This document shows positions 46,147 to 58,164 of a DNA stretch of 64,000 bases, piece by piece. The DNA is taken from positions 964-64,963 of the forward strand of contig JBMFIC010000006.1 in the NCBI GenBank assembly GCA_049976505.1, given 5' to 3'. Position 1 is the first letter of the stretch. The number at the start of each line of letters is the position of its first letter. The notes under the pieces were generated by a model. It was not told the DNA's origin. It did no database searches and was given only the letters and a program-made list of their open reading frames with translations. A program made the translations under genes and the position numbers. The DNA is from Nitrososphaeria archaeon (GTDB lineage: Archaea > Thermoproteota > Nitrososphaeria > Conexivisphaerales > UBA164).

Positions 46147-49100
46147 AGTCGGTCTTCGAGAAAAGATGGGCCATCATCAGGAACATCCTTGAGACCGAGG
46201 GGATAGCAAGGCAGCACCTCAACTCCTATAATCAGTTCATAAAGAAGGGGATGCAGAGCATAGTAAACGAAGTCGGGGAGGTTGAGATCGAGTCTCCGCT
46301 TGGCAAGTATAAGATAAAGCTGGGGAAGATCGAAATCGGCAAGCCTAAAGTCGTCGAGCACGACGGCTCGGAGAACTACATCAAGCCCATGGAGGCAAGG
46401 CTGAGAAACCTGACGTACGCGGCTCCGCTCTATCTTGAGATGCAGATAGTTGATTCTGATCCCACTATAAGCAGACCGTTCAGGGTTCACATTGGAAACC
46501 TTCCAGTGATGGTCAAATCTGACGTCTGTGTGCTCAACGGGCTTTCGGAGCAAGAGCTGATAGATCTGGGTGAGGACCCGAACGATCCTGGTGGCTACTT
46601 TATAATAAACGGAAGTGAAAGGATCATCATAGGACTTGAGGACATTTCGCCCAACAAGATACTTGTGGAGAGGGAGAAAAGCGGAACATCGGTTGTTTAC
46701 AGGGCCGTGGTGCACTCCTCAATCGTCGGGTTCAGGTCAAAGGTTGAGATGCTGATAAAGAACGACAACGTGATCTACGTAAAGATCCCGATACTGCCAA
46801 CCGAGGTCCCGTTCGTCATCCTGATGAAGGCCCTGGGCATTACTAAGGATGTGGAAATAGCCAACGCAGTCTCGCCCAGGCCTGAGATTCAGGAGGAGCT
46901 CGTTCCTACCTTTGAGAAGAGCGAAGTGAACACACAGGATGAAGCGATAATGTACATAGGAAACAGGCTGGCTCACGGCCAGGCTGATGAGATAAGGTAC
47001 AAGAGGGCCGAGCAGCTCATTGACGTCTACCTGCTGCCTCATCTCGGGAAGTCTCCCGAATCAAGGCGCGATAAGGCGATGTTCCTGGCCGAGATGGCCA
47101 ACAAGCTGATTCAGCTTAAGCTCGGCTACATCGTGCCTGATGACAGGGACCACTATGGCAACAAGGTCATCAAGTTTGCTGGCGAGCAGCTCGCGGACAT
47201 ATTCAGGACTGCGTTCAAGAACCTGATAAGGGACATGAAGTATCAGCTGGACAGGGCAGGAGGAAGGAAAGGTCCGAACGTCGTGCAGGCGGTTATAAGG
47301 CCAGGCATAATTACCGACAAGATTACCAACGCTATAGCTACCGGCAACTGGGGAAGGGGCAGGGTTGGCATCACCCAGCTGCTCGACAGGACGAACAGGC
47401 TTTCAACTATAAGCCATCTGAGGAGGATCCAGTCCCCGCTAAGCAGGACCCAGCCGAACTTTGAGGCAAGGGAGCTGCACGGAACGCAGTTCGGTAGGAT
47501 ATGCCCCGTTGAGACCCCCGAGGGCAGCAACTGTGGCCTGGTAAAGAACCTCGCGCTCACGGCGGTCATATCTGTCGCTCACGACTTCGAGCCCCTAAAG
47601 GAGAAGATACTGCCGGTCCTCACAGGAAAGGGCGATAAGGTGTTCCTCGATGGAAGGTTCCTCGGCTACACCGATGCCGAGAAGACCGCCAAGAGGCTCA
47701 GGGAGATGAGGAGGAACGGCGAGCTGCCCTACGACGTCAGCATTTCGGTCTACTATCCTGCAGACCCGCGTGGTGAAAGAAGGCTAATAATAAGCGCCAA
47801 CGCCGGAAGGGTTCTGAGGCCGCTAATAGTGGTTGAGAGGGGCAAGCCGAAGCTCACCGATGAGCACATAGAGAAGCTTGAGAACGGCGAGATCACGTGG
47901 AGGGACCTCCTGAGGATGGGCGTCATCGAGCTTCTGGACGCAGATGAGGAGGACAACATGCTGGTTGCCGTTGATGAATATCACATATCGAACGAGACAA
48001 CCCACATGGAGATCTACCCGCCTGCAATACTCGGCGCAGTTGCCTCCATAATACCCTACATCGAGTACAATCAGTCACCCAGGAACACTTACGAGGCGGC
48101 GATGGCCAAGCAGGCCCTCGGATTCAGCGTAGCGAACATAAATCAGGCATTGTACGTGAGAGGACACCTTCTCGAGTACCCGCAGAAGCCTCTGGTCACA
48201 ACCAAGGCGTTCAAGCTTCTGAACCTCGATGAGGCTCCTATAGGGTTCAACGCGGTAGTAGCGGTCATAAGCTTTGAGGGCTACAACATAGAGGACGCAA
48301 TAATACTCAACAGGGCCAGCATCGAAAGAGGCCTCGGAAGATCCTACTTCTACAGGCTGTACGAGGCTGAGGCGCAGCAGTACCTCGGAGGAGTGAGGGA
48401 CAGGTTCGAGGTGCCGCAGCCTGAGAGCAACGTGAGGGGATACAAGGGAGAGAAGTACTACCGTAACCTTCAGTCAGATGGCGTTGCTTATCCCAACGCG
48501 GAGGTCAAGGGGGGAGACGTGCTCATAGCTAGGCTCAGCCCGCCGAGGTTCAGCGAGGAGTACAAGGGAATAGAGATCAAGGGACTTTACATGAGGGACA
48601 CCTCGGTCTCGATGCGTCCTAGCGAGAGCGGAGTTGTTGACACGGTTGTAATGACGGAGAGCGTTGAGGGAAACAGGATGTACAAGGTCAGGGTTAGGGA
48701 TCACAGGATACCTGAGCTCGGCGACAAGTTCGCCTCCCGGCACGGCCAGAAGGGAGTTGTGGGAATGATAGTTGACCCTGAAGACATGCCATATACCGAG
48801 GACGGAGTCATACCCGACATCATTATCAACCCCCATGCTTTCCCATCAAGGATGACGGTGGGCCAGTTCCTTGAATCGATAGCCGGGAAGGCAGCTGCCC
48901 TGAGGGGCAGGGAGGTGGACGGAACCCCGTTCGAGGGGGAGGACGTCAAGTCCCTTGGAGAGATACTCAAGCAGTATGGCTTCGCCCCAACCGGAAAGGA
49001 GGTTATGTACGATGGCGTGACCGGCAGGAAGTTTGAGGCTCAGATATTCATAGGAGTGGTCTACTATCAGAAGCTGCACCACATGGTCGCGGACAAGATA

Positions 49101-49457
49101 CACGCGAGGGCGAGGGGACAGGTTCAGATGCTCACAAGACAGCCAACCGAGGGAAGGTCAAGAGGTGGAGGCCTTAGGTTTGGGGAGATGGAAAGGGACT
49201 GCCTTGTGGCATATGGTGCATCAATGCTACTTAAGGACAGGCTGCTTGAGGAGTCCGACAAGACCACGATCTACGTCTGCACAAAGTGCGGCCTGCTGGC
49301 GCACTACAACGCAAAGACCAAGAAGCTGGAGTGTCCGCAGGATGGATCGGACGTCAAGATAGTGCCGCTGAACGTGGCATACGCTTTTAAGCTTCTCCTG
49401 CAAGAGATTATGAGTCTGGGGATTGCTCCCAGGATTAAGGTTAAGGAGGAGATCTGA
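46143..49457 (+). CDS. rpoB: RNA polymerase subunit B (unsplit Rpo2)
   Basis: [27 protein letters not shown] and [11 protein letters not shown] motifs. Confidence 0.98.
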   Translation: MKSVFEKRWAIIRNILETEGIARQHLNSYNQFIKKGMQSIVNEVGEVEIESPLGKYKIKLGKIEIGKPKVVEHDGSENYIKPMEARLRNLTYAAPLYLEMQIVDSDPTISRPFRVHIGNLPVMVKSDVCVLNGLSEQELIDLGEDPNDPGGYFIINGSERIIIGLEDISPNKILVEREKSGTSVVYRAVVHSSIVGFRSKVEMLIKNDNVIYVKIPILPTEVPFVILMKALGITKDVEIANAVSPRPEIQEELVPTFEKSEVNTQDEAIMYIGNRLAHGQADEIRYKRAEQLIDVYLLPHLGKSPESRRDKAMFLAEMANKLIQLKLGYIVPDDRDHYGNKVIKFAGEQLADIFRTAFKNLIRDMKYQLDRAGGRKGPNVVQAVIRPGIITDKITNAIATGNWGRGRVGITQLLDRTNRLSTISHLRRIQSPLSRTQPNFEARELHGTQFGRICPVETPEGSNCGLVKNLALTAVISVAHDFEPLKEKILPVLTGKGDKVFLDGRFLGYTDAEKTAKRLREMRRNGELPYDVSISVYYPADPRGERRLIISANAGRVLRPLIVVERGKPKLTDEHIEKLENGEITWRDLLRMGVIELLDADEEDNMLVAVDEYHISNETTHMEIYPPAILGAVASIIPYIEYNQSPRNTYEAAMAKQALGFSVANINQALYVRGHLLEYPQKPLVTTKAFKLLNLDEAPIGFNAVVAVISFEGYNIEDAIILNRASIERGLGRSYFYRLYEAEAQQYLGGVRDRFEVPQPESNVRGYKGEKYYRNLQSDGVAYPNAEVKGGDVLIARLSPPRFSEEYKGIEIKGLYMRDTSVSMRPSESGVVDTVVMTESVEGNRMYKVRVRDHRIPELGDKFASRHGQKGVVGMIVDPEDMPYTEDGVIPDIIINPHAFPSRMTVGQFLESIAGKAAALRGREVDGTPFEGEDVKSLGEILKQYGFAPTGKEVMYDGVTGRKFEAQIFIGVVYYQKLHHMVADKIHARARGQVQMLTRQPTEGRSRGGGLRFGEMERDCLVAYGASMLLKDRLLEESDKTTIYVCTKCGLLAHYNAKTKKLECPQDGSDVKIVPLNVAYAFKLLLQEIMSLGIAPRIKVKEEI

Positions 49458-49459
49458 AG

Positions 49460-52400
49460 ATGAGTGAGAACGTATTTCTAAACAGGATTGGAGCCATCAA
49501 GTTCTCCCTGATGTCCCCTGCTGAGATAAGAAAATATGCAGTGGTCGAGATAACCGTTCCGGAGACCTACGACGAGGATGGGATGCCCATACAGGGCGGC
49601 CTCATGGACAACAGGCTAGGAGTGCTGGAGCCTGGACAGAAGTGTGCCACCTGTGGGAACACCGCAAGCAACTGTCCCGGCCACTTTGGCTACATAGAGC
49701 TCGCCGAGCCAGTTCTTCACATAGCGTTCGTTGATGACGTTTACAAGTTCCTGGTTACAACTTGCAGAAAGTGCGGAAGGCTGCTTCTGCCAGACGAGGA
49801 GATAGAGGCGTACAGAAAGCAGCTTAAGGACTCACATAACAACCCGATGGTGCTGCAGAAGATAACTAAGGAGATAGTCGCAAAGGCGAGGAAGACAAAG
49901 ATCTGTCCCCACTGCTCGGCCAAGAAGCTAGAGATAGAGTTCACCAAGCCTCACACGTTCCACGAGATAACCGAGGACGGTGCTCCGGTAAGGCTGATGC
50001 CATCCCAGATAAGGGAGTGGCTAGAGAGGATACCCGACTCCGACGTGGAGGTTCTGGGCTACGATCCGAATTCGGCGAGACCGGAGTGGATGATCCTTCA
50101 GGTCCTTCCGGTTCCGCCCGTCTCCGTTAGGCCCTCTATTATACTGGAGACTGGAACGAGATCTGAGGACGACCTGACCCACAAGCTCGTTGACGTTCTA
50201 AGGGTCAACCAGAGGGTTGCGGAGGCAAAGGAGTCAGGCACGCCTCCTCTGATAATTCAGGATCTTGCTGATCTTCTCCAGTATCACGTCACAACCTACT
50301 TTGACAACGAGGTCTCGGGCATACCACAGGCGCACCACAGATCAGGCAGGCCTCTGAGGACCCTTGCTCAGAGGCTCAAGGGCAAGGAGGGAAGGTTCAG
50401 GGGCAACCTCTCGGGCAAGAGGGTTGACTTCTCCAGCAGGACGGTCATATCCCCGGATCCGAACATAGACATGGCCGAAGTAGGGGTTCCGTATGAGGTG
50501 GCAAAGAGGCTTACCGTTCCGGAGAGGGTCACGCCGTGGAACATAGAGTTCCTGAAGCAGCTTGTAAGAAATGGGCCAGACAACTATCCTGGAGCGAACT
50601 ACGTCATAAGGCCCGATGGCATAAAGATAAGGCTCGACTACGTCCAGGACAGGGAGGCGCTTGCCAACTCTCTGACCTATGATTATATAGTGGAGAGGCA
50701 TCTGATGGATGGGGACGTGGTCCTGTTCAACAGACAGCCATCTCTGCACAGGATGTCCATAATGGCTCACTTCGTCAAGGTCCTGCCAGGCAGGACCTTC
50801 AGGCTCCATCCGGCTGTCTGCCCACCGTACAACGCCGACTTCGACGGAGACGAGATGAACCTGCACGTCCCTCAGAGCCTTGACGCTCAGGCTGAGGCCA
50901 AGCACCTTCTTGCCGTGGAGAAGCAGATAATAACCCCTAGGTATGGAGCCCCGATCATGGGAGCCATAAGGGACTACATAACTGGAGCGTTCCTCCTTAC
51001 AAAGGATGACACCAGGCTCAGCAGGCAGGACTTCATGAACCTTGCCTACGTTGGAGGCTACAGGGGAGAGGTTCCGGACAAGAAGGAGTTCACCGGGAAG
51101 GAGCTGGTCTCGCTGTTCCTCCCGAAGGACTTCAACTTTGTGGGAAGCTCCAAGTGGGCAGGATCCGGAAAGAACGATGTACTTGTGAAGAACGGTCAGC
51201 TGTTATCCGGAGTCCTTGACAAGGCGTCCCTGGGGGCTGAGGAGCCAGACAGCATGCTGCACAGGATAACCAAGGATTACGGTCCAGAGACCGCAAGGAG
51301 CCTCCTGAACTCGTTCCTCAAGATATTCAAGGAGTACCTGACAAGAAGGGGCTTCTCTTACGGCTACGATGAGCTGGAGATACCGGATCACGTCAAGAGG
51401 CAGCTGAAGGAGGTGGTCAAGGAGGCCTACAAGAACTCGCTCAACTATATTGAGATGTACAGGGAGAACAAGCTGCCAATCCTGAAAGGAATCAAGCCGG
51501 AGGACATGCTGGAGAACTATATCATGAGGGAGCTCAGCAGGGCCAGGGACACTGCAGCAAAGCTCGTGGAAAAGGTCATCGATGAAAGGAACAGCGGATA
51601 CATAATGGCAAGGACCGGAGCAAGGGGCAGCTCGCTCAACCTGGGCCAGATGATGGCGATGCTGGGCCAGCAGAGCATCAAGGGAAAGAGAATAACTCGT
51701 GGATACACGCTCAGGGCGCTTAGCCACTTTAAGAAGGGCGACATATCCCCTGAGGCAACGGGGTTCATCAGCAGCTCTTTCAGGGACGGCCTGAGCATAC
51801 TCGAGTTCTTCTTCCATTCGATGGCAGGAAGAGAGGGACTGGTTGACACCGCAATAAGGACGCAGCAGAGTGGATACCTGCAGAGGAGGCTGATAAACGC
51901 CCTGGAGCACCTGAGGGTTGAGTATGATCTCACGGTAAGGGACCCGGAGGGCGGCATAATTCAGTTCAGGTATGGAGAGGACGGCGTTGACGTGTCCAAG
52001 AGCGATCACGGTCTCGCGGTCAACGTGAGGAGGTTGGTTGAAATAATAAAGACAAGCGACTCCGGAGAGCCTGCCTCCGAGAGCTACATCAGGGCTGAGA
52101 TCGAGAAGGTCAAGGACAGGCTGAACCCGAAGCTGGTCAAGGACCTGGAGGAGGCCCTTACAGGTTCAGGGCTTAGCGAGAGGGCCGTGAGCGAAGTCTG
52201 CCAGCTAACTGTTGAGAAGTACATGTCCAGCCTTGTGGAGCCAGGCGAGGCGGTTGGTGTTGTGGCGGCCCAGTCAGTTGGGGAGCCGGGCACGCAGATG
52301 ACGCTCAGGACCTTCCACTTTGCGGGAGTAAGGGAGAGGGACGTAACGCTCGGCCTGCCGAGGCTCATCGAGCTTCTTGACGCGAGAAAGGAGCCAACGA

Positions 52401-53203
52401 CCCCAGTCATGGAGATCTACCTAGATGAGGAGTACAGGTCATCTCCTGAGAAGGCACAGGAGATTGCGAGGTCGATAATATTCACCAGGCTTGAAAACGT
52501 TGTGACCGATACCGCCATAGAGCCTGCAGATGGCGCGATAATATTCACTGTATCCCAGCAGAGGCTCAAGGAGAGGGGCCTGACAATGGGGGACGTCGCC
52601 AAGGCCATTGAGAGCGGCAAGAAGAAGATCGAGATCAGCGGCGACCAGCTCATAGTGTACGTCAATACCTACGACCTGACCAGCCTGCAGAACGTGAAGA
52701 AGAAGCTGCTGAACACCAGGATAAGCGGAATACCAGGCATCACAAACGCAACGGTGGACAAGAAGGACGGGGAGTGGATGATATGGACAAGCGGCTCGAA
52801 CCTAGCTAAGGTTCTTACGCTTCCCCACGTGGATCCGACCAGAACCATATCAAACAACGTTCATGAGGTTGCGAACGTGCTTGGAATAGAGGCAGCTAGG
52901 AACGTTCTGATCAAGGAGATAATGGGCGTCCTTCAGGAGCAGGGTCTGGAAGTCGATATAAGGCACATATCTCTGATAGCTGACATAATGACCAGCAGGG
53001 GAGTTGTGCTGCCTGTTGGAAGACACGGAATAGTCGGCTTCAAGACGAGCGTGCTGGCCAAGGCTGCGTTTGAGATCACGGTTCCGACTATAGCAGAGGC
53101 CGCTGCCAGAGGGCTCTCCGATGAGCTGCTGGGAGTTACCGAAAACGTAATAGTTGGCTCCACGATTCCAGTTGGTACGGGGATGGTTCAGCTGTTCATG
53201 TAG
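49460..53203 (+). CDS. rpoA: RNA polymerase subunit A (fused A'/A'', Rpo1)
   Basis: NADFDGD (A') and GEPGTQMTLRTFH ... GVTENVIVG..IPVGTG (A'') in one 1247-aa frame. Confidence 0.97.
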   Translation: MSENVFLNRIGAIKFSLMSPAEIRKYAVVEITVPETYDEDGMPIQGGLMDNRLGVLEPGQKCATCGNTASNCPGHFGYIELAEPVLHIAFVDDVYKFLVTTCRKCGRLLLPDEEIEAYRKQLKDSHNNPMVLQKITKEIVAKARKTKICPHCSAKKLEIEFTKPHTFHEITEDGAPVRLMPSQIREWLERIPDSDVEVLGYDPNSARPEWMILQVLPVPPVSVRPSIILETGTRSEDDLTHKLVDVLRVNQRVAEAKESGTPPLIIQDLADLLQYHVTTYFDNEVSGIPQAHHRSGRPLRTLAQRLKGKEGRFRGNLSGKRVDFSSRTVISPDPNIDMAEVGVPYEVAKRLTVPERVTPWNIEFLKQLVRNGPDNYPGANYVIRPDGIKIRLDYVQDREALANSLTYDYIVERHLMDGDVVLFNRQPSLHRMSIMAHFVKVLPGRTFRLHPAVCPPYNADFDGDEMNLHVPQSLDAQAEAKHLLAVEKQIITPRYGAPIMGAIRDYITGAFLLTKDDTRLSRQDFMNLAYVGGYRGEVPDKKEFTGKELVSLFLPKDFNFVGSSKWAGSGKNDVLVKNGQLLSGVLDKASLGAEEPDSMLHRITKDYGPETARSLLNSFLKIFKEYLTRRGFSYGYDELEIPDHVKRQLKEVVKEAYKNSLNYIEMYRENKLPILKGIKPEDMLENYIMRELSRARDTAAKLVEKVIDERNSGYIMARTGARGSSLNLGQMMAMLGQQSIKGKRITRGYTLRALSHFKKGDISPEATGFISSSFRDGLSILEFFFHSMAGREGLVDTAIRTQQSGYLQRRLINALEHLRVEYDLTVRDPEGGIIQFRYGEDGVDVSKSDHGLAVNVRRLVEIIKTSDSGEPASESYIRAEIEKVKDRLNPKLVKDLEEALTGSGLSERAVSEVCQLTVEKYMSSLVEPGEAVGVVAAQSVGEPGTQMTLRTFHFAGVRERDVTLGLPRLIELLDARKEPTTPVMEIYLDEEYRSSPEKAQEIARSIIFTRLENVVTDTAIEPADGAIIFTVSQQRLKERGLTMGDVAKAIESGKKKIEISGDQLIVYVNTYDLTSLQNVKKKLLNTRISGIPGITNATVDKKDGEWMIWTSGSNLAKVLTLPHVDPTRTISNNVHEVANVLGIEAARNVLIKEIMGVLQEQGLEVDIRHISLIADIMTSRGVVLPVGRHGIVGFKTSVLAKAAFEITVPTIAEAAARGLSDELLGVTENVIVGSTIPVGTGMVQLFM

Positions 53204-53213
53204 GTGATGAGCG

Positions 53214-53498
53214 ATGGGGATGGATGAGCTGTTAAAGGCGATCTCGCAGGAAAAGAAGATGGTGCTGGGGCTCAGGGAAGTTAAAAAAGACTTAAAAAAC
53301 ATCAAGCTGATCATAATGTCCAAAGACTTGACGGAGGAGGAGAAGAAGTCCATTACATCTGGAAACGCTAAAGTCCTGATATACGATGGCACTCCAAGCC
53401 AGCTTGGAAGGGCAATAGGAAGGCCCCATCCTGTTAAGGTCATTGGCCTTAAGTCGATAAGCGAGAGGATCGAGGCAGAGCTGAAGAAGGTGGGCTGA
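53214..53498 (+). CDS. rpl30e: Ribosomal protein L30e (divergent)
   Basis: Conserved operon position; LGLREV...KLIIMS...LGRAIGRP L7Ae/L30e fold. Confidence 0.78.
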   Translation: MGMDELLKAISQEKKMVLGLREVKKDLKNIKLIIMSKDLTEEEKKSITSGNAKVLIYDGTPSQLGRAIGRPHPVKVIGLKSISERIEAELKKVG

Positions 53499-53499
53499 T

Positions 53500-53937
53500 A
53501 TGTCGGATGAAATAAAGTACACTAACGAGGACCTGAACCTTATAAAGCTATTCGCCCAGATCTCAGGCATAGTCCCAAAGGACCTGATAAGGGATGACAG
53601 GTACAACAGGGTCATAATAGTGGTGAAGAAGGACGAGGTCGGAAAGGCTGTGGGAAAGGATGGCATAAACGTTCAGTACATCAGGAAAACCATAAAGAAG
53701 GACGTGGTCATCGTTGGATACACAGACGATATAATAGAGTTCGTAAGGGGCATGCTCGGCGATAACGTGAACGCAACCATTAGGGAGGCTTACTCGCCCA
53801 ACGGCTCAAAGAGCATAATAATTCAGGTGCCTCAGGAGCAGAAAGGGTTCGTGCTGGGGGCCAAGAAGCAAAACATAGAAAAGATTAAGTTATTGCTGAA
53901 GCGTTATTTTGGGGTGGAAAACGTAAGGGTGGTTTAG
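53500..53937 (+). CDS. nusA: Archaeal NusA (KH domains)
   Basis: GKAVGKDG KH motif; conserved operon position. Confidence 0.88.
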   Translation: MSDEIKYTNEDLNLIKLFAQISGIVPKDLIRDDRYNRVIIVVKKDEVGKAVGKDGINVQYIRKTIKKDVVIVGYTDDIIEFVRGMLGDNVNATIREAYSPNGSKSIIIQVPQEQKGFVLGAKKQNIEKIKLLLKRYFGVENVRVV

Positions 53938-54378
53938 ATGGGCCGGAAGTCACCTATGGGCGAGTTCGGCGCCAGAGGCCTTAAGAAGAAGAGACAGAAG
54001 TTTAGATGGTCGGATAAATACTACAAGAGGAGAATGCTGAGGCTGGACATAAAGGCTGACCCGCTTGAGGGCGCTCCTATGGCAAGGGGCATAGTTCTTG
54101 AGAAGGTAGGAATAGAGTCAAAGCAGCCCAACTCAGCGGTGAGGAAGTGCGTCAGGGTACAGCTGATCAAGAACGGAAAGCAGATAACGGCATTTCTTCC
54201 TGGAGACGGCGCGCTGAACTACGTTGACGAGCACGACGAGGTAATAGTGGAGGGCATAGGCGGATCGCAGGGAAGGTCAATGGGAGACATCCCGGGAGTA
54301 AGGTGGAAGGTCGTCAAGGTTAACGGCGTTCCGCTCAAGCTTCTTGTGCTTGGGAAGAGGGAGAAGCCTAAGAGATGA
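53938..54378 (+). CDS. rps12: 30S ribosomal protein S12
   Basis: [10 protein letters not shown] and GDIPGVR motifs. Confidence 0.97.
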   Translation: MGRKSPMGEFGARGLKKKRQKFRWSDKYYKRRMLRLDIKADPLEGAPMARGIVLEKVGIESKQPNSAVRKCVRVQLIKNGKQITAFLPGDGALNYVDEHDEVIVEGIGGSQGRSMGDIPGVRWKVVKVNGVPLKLLVLGKREKPKR

Positions 54379-54968
54379 GCGAGAAGATCCTTCTCTTTGA
54401 TAAGTGGGATTTCAGCGAGGTTCAGGTAAACGACATAAGCCTGCAGAAGGTTATAAACCTGAGCCCGGTCTACTATCCGCACTCCTTCGGAAGGCACGCC
54501 GAGAAGAGGTTCGGAAAGGAGAAGGTCAACATAGTGGAAAGGCTCGTGAACAACATGATGCACTATGGGAAGATATGGGCAAAGAACACGGGAAGGATGG
54601 CCGGCAAGAAGACAAAGGCAATAAACATAGTGAAGAGCGCGTTCGAGATTATTTACCTAAAGACAAAGAAGAACCCGATACAGGTGCTCGTCGATGCAGT
54701 AATAAACGCAGGTCCAAACGAGGACACTACAAGGATAAGCTATGGTGGAGTTGTGTACCACGTTTCGGTCGACGTCTCCCCGAACAGAAGGCTTGACCTG
54801 GCCCTGAGGTTCATAAGCCAGGGGGCGAGGCTTGCTTCCTGGAAGACTGGCAAGCCGATAGAGGAGGCTCTGGCCGAGGAGCTCATACTTGCGGCCGAGA
54901 ACAACCCGAACTCCTACGCCATAAGGAAGAAGCAGGAGCAGGAGAAGATGGCCGCCGCATCAAGGTAA
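54375..54968 (+). CDS. rps7: 30S ribosomal protein S7
   Basis: NIVERL, NPIQVL, EDTTRI and VDVSP.RR motifs. Confidence 0.97.
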   Translation: MSEKILLFDKWDFSEVQVNDISLQKVINLSPVYYPHSFGRHAEKRFGKEKVNIVERLVNNMMHYGKIWAKNTGRMAGKKTKAINIVKSAFEIIYLKTKKNPIQVLVDAVINAGPNEDTTRISYGGVVYHVSVDVSPNRRLDLALRFISQGARLASWKTGKPIEEALAEELILAAENNPNSYAIRKKQEQEKMAAASR

Positions 54969-54973
54969 CGGAT

Positions 54974-56509
54974 ATGGAAAAGATAGTGCTGGATACAAGC
55001 GTAATAATCAACGGTTTTGTTTCGAAGCTGATCGAGAAGGGGGAGATAAAGCAGGCCACCATAATAGTTCCGCGGGCCGTAATAGGAGAGCTACAGAACC
55101 AGGCCACGAAGGGGCTGGAAATAGGGTTCCGGGGCCTCGAGGAGCTGAGGAAGATAAGGGAACTCTGTGAAAAGAACGGAATAAGGTACACGGTGAAGGG
55201 ATCCCTTCCAACGCTCGAGGACATAAAGCTTGCTCACTCCGGAAGGATAGATTACATAATCCTCGACATAGCAAAGAAGAACAGGGCAACGCTCTACACG
55301 TCGGATTACATCCTGCACCTCGTGGCCCAGGCAGAGGGCGTCAGCTCAAAGCATCTCGTCGTCGAGGAGGAAAAGAGGCCGCTCAGGATAGAGTCCTTCC
55401 TGAGCGAGGACGTTATGAGCGTGCACCTGAAGGAGGGCGTACCTCCGTACGTTAAAAGAGGTAAGCCGGGCAGCTTCAGGCTGGAGAAGGTCTCGGACAG
55501 GCCCCTGACAGCAGCGGAGCTCGAGGAGATAATCGCTGAGATAAACGAGAGGGCGAGGGTCGATCCAAACTCCTTCATAGAGATGAAAACCGGAGGCGCG
55601 ACGGTAATCCAGCTGGGCAACTACAGGATAACGATCGCAAGACCTCCTTTCTCCGATGGCCTTGAGGTAACCCTTGTGAGGCCTATAGTGAAGCTTACCC
55701 TTGATGACTACAACGTTTCGCCGGCTCTGAAGCAGAGGCTTGAGAAGGCCGAGGGCATCATAATCGCTGGACCACCTGGATCCGGAAAGTCAACGCTTGC
55801 GGCGTCCCTGGCCGAGTTCTACATGAAGAAGGGCAAGGTGGTGAAGACCTTTGAATCGCCCAGGGACCTTCAGGTTGGTCCAGAAATAACTCAGTACGCT
55901 CCGCTCGAGGGGGACTTTGAGAAGACCGCCGAAATACTCCTTCTTGTCAGGCCGGACTACACGATATTCGATGAGGTCAGGAAGACCAAGGACTTCGAGG
56001 TCTACGCGGACATGAGGCTTGCGGGGGTTGGAATGGTTGGGGTCGTGCACTCAAGCAGCCCAATAGATGCTGTACAGAGGCTCATCGAGAGAATTGACAT
56101 AGGGATGGTTCCAAGGATAGTGGACACGGTGATATTCCTGCAGAACGGCCAGATAAAGACGGTGTATGAGCTCAACCTTGTGGTGAAGGTGCCGACGGGC
56201 ATGACCGCTGAGGATCTAGCCAGGCCTGTTGTTGAGGTCAGAAACTTTGAGACAAAGCAGCTGGAGTACGAGATATACATGTACGGCGATGAAAAGGTCG
56301 TAGTGCCCATAGGCGCCGTGAGGGACAGAATAGAGCAGGTGATATCCCAGTACGACAAGGACGCGATAATCGAGATAGGAAAGAAGAACGTCATAATAAG
56401 GGTAAACAGGGACGTCATAGGCAAGATAATAGGCAAGGGCGGGGAGAACATAGAGAAGCTAGAGAAGGAGGTTGGAAAGAGAGTCATAATAAAGCCCAAG
56501 AAGGGCTGA
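54974..56509 (+). CDS. PINA (PIN domain + P-loop ATPase + KH)
   Basis: VLDTS PIN start, GPPGSGKST, FDEVR, LAGVGMVGVVH and C-terminal IIGKGG KH motif. Confidence 0.9.
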   Translation: MEKIVLDTSVIINGFVSKLIEKGEIKQATIIVPRAVIGELQNQATKGLEIGFRGLEELRKIRELCEKNGIRYTVKGSLPTLEDIKLAHSGRIDYIILDIAKKNRATLYTSDYILHLVAQAEGVSSKHLVVEEEKRPLRIESFLSEDVMSVHLKEGVPPYVKRGKPGSFRLEKVSDRPLTAAELEEIIAEINERARVDPNSFIEMKTGGATVIQLGNYRITIARPPFSDGLEVTLVRPIVKLTLDDYNVSPALKQRLEKAEGIIIAGPPGSGKSTLAASLAEFYMKKGKVVKTFESPRDLQVGPEITQYAPLEGDFEKTAEILLLVRPDYTIFDEVRKTKDFEVYADMRLAGVGMVGVVHSSSPIDAVQRLIERIDIGMVPRIVDTVIFLQNGQIKTVYELNLVVKVPTGMTAEDLARPVVEVRNFETKQLEYEIYMYGDEKVVVPIGAVRDRIEQVISQYDKDAIIEIGKKNVIIRVNRDVIGKIIGKGGENIEKLEKEVGKRVIIKPKKG

Positions 56510-56607
56510 GCTCAGTAACGGCCTCTGTCGTCTTTTTATGTTAAATGAACGGCTCCATCCTGAATTCAATCGACATATTTTTTAATATCTCACGTGGAAA
56601 AGAATCC

Positions 56608-58164
56608 ATGGGTTATAAGGTCCTGCTGACCGCAGACAAGACCCTGTTCAGCGAGTACAGGAACGTGCCTCTCCTTCAGTTCCTAGGATGCGCGCCCGTG
56701 GAGAAGGTGCCGAAGTTCATATTCGACGCGCTTTCCCCATACACGGAGCTACAGGACGGGCTGCCCATAAGGGCTCCATACGATGTGAGGCTCGTTGAGA
56801 GCGTGCTCGTTGATGCGCTTGGAAGGGATAGGGTGAAAGTGGTCGTGCCAAAGAACATAGAGGAGTTCATAGATGAGGATACGAAGGTGGTCGGTGTCAG
56901 CACGATGGATCCGCTGGGCCTCGGGCCTGTTACCATGATGTTCACCAACGGTGGCAGGGACACTGGGTACACGAAATATTACTTCTATCAGCTGATAAGG
57001 AAGCTTAACCTCCTTAGGAGGGCCAACGGCTACAGGTTCAAGATAGTTGTAGGGGGCCCGGGGACCTGGCAGCTTGAAATCAGGCCCAAGGCCGTGGATG
57101 AGCTCAACATAGATCATGTCGTAATCGGCGAAACCGAGCACGTTCTTCCCCAGCTCATCGATGATATAGTCAATGGGAGCCCTGACAGATTCATCAAGGT
57201 CAAGGGGTATCCCACGATAGATCAGATACCGCTGATAAAGGGCGCCACACTGCATGGGCTGCTTGAGATAAACAGGGGATGCGGCAGAAACTGCGAGTAC
57301 TGCCTCCCAAACCTGAGGAGCGCCAGACACCTTCCAGTGGATCACATAGTTAAGAACATAGCTGTGAACGTCAGGTACGGGGTGACTAGCGTCTGGGCTC
57401 AGAGCGAGGACGTGTTCCTCTACAGGCTAGAGGATCACAGGTACATGAACCCTAACTGGGAGGCGCTGATTGAGCTCTTCCATGCCATAGTGAACGCCGA
57501 TGGGGTCAGGCACACGAACCCAACACATGGCACCATATCCGCTCCTGCTTCAAACCCAGAGAAGTTCAGGAAGCTCTCCGAGACCATGAAGGCTGGACCC
57601 AACAACATAATAGGGCTGCAGCCAGGGCTTGAAACGGGCTCCGTGAGGCTCGTCAAGAAGTACATGTCGAGAAAGGCGCTTCCCTTCTCAGCCGAGGAGT
57701 GGCCCGATGTAGTCTTTGAGGGGACCAGGGTTCTGAACGAGAACTACTGGGTTCCGGCTTACACCGCCATAGTGGGCTTCCCTGGCGAGACAGACGAGGA
57801 CGTGCTCGACACCATAAGGCTTATAGACAGGATGGAAAGGGAGCTTCCTGAGAAGGTAGGAGAAAAGGCCCACTGGACTGTCACAGTTCTCAGCTTTGAC
57901 CCTCTTGCTAACCTCTCGGACGCGGAGTTCTTCGACGTCGAGTCGCAGCTCACGGAGATGAGGTTCTACCTCATTTACAGAACCTGGAGGCACACGGTGC
58001 TCGAGACGGAGAAGTTCCTGCCAATGCTTATAAAGAACTCCCTTGCGAGAGGACTTCTGTCCAGGTTCTTCGCATATGGAGCGAAAAAGGTGCTTGATGC
58101 CCTCGCCGCATGGGGAAGAGCAAGGGGGTACGACCCGGAGAAGGCTATGACGATCACAGCCTAA
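56608..58164 (+). CDS. B12-binding radical SAM protein, GDGT ring synthase (Grs)-like
   Basis: LTADKTL, APY..R.VES, MDPLGLGP, GGPGTWQ and CGRNCEYC motifs; ATG at 56608 lies about 25 nt after TTTTTAAT. The radical SAM call is firm; the Grs call is from recalled family patterns. Confidence 0.7.
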   Translation: MGYKVLLTADKTLFSEYRNVPLLQFLGCAPVEKVPKFIFDALSPYTELQDGLPIRAPYDVRLVESVLVDALGRDRVKVVVPKNIEEFIDEDTKVVGVSTMDPLGLGPVTMMFTNGGRDTGYTKYYFYQLIRKLNLLRRANGYRFKIVVGGPGTWQLEIRPKAVDELNIDHVVIGETEHVLPQLIDDIVNGSPDRFIKVKGYPTIDQIPLIKGATLHGLLEINRGCGRNCEYCLPNLRSARHLPVDHIVKNIAVNVRYGVTSVWAQSEDVFLYRLEDHRYMNPNWEALIELFHAIVNADGVRHTNPTHGTISAPASNPEKFRKLSETMKAGPNNIIGLQPGLETGSVRLVKKYMSRKALPFSAEEWPDVVFEGTRVLNENYWVPAYTAIVGFPGETDEDVLDTIRLIDRMERELPEKVGEKAHWTVTVLSFDPLANLSDAEFFDVESQLTEMRFYLIYRTWRHTVLETEKFLPMLIKNSLARGLLSRFFAYGAKKVLDALAAWGRARGYDPEKAMTITA

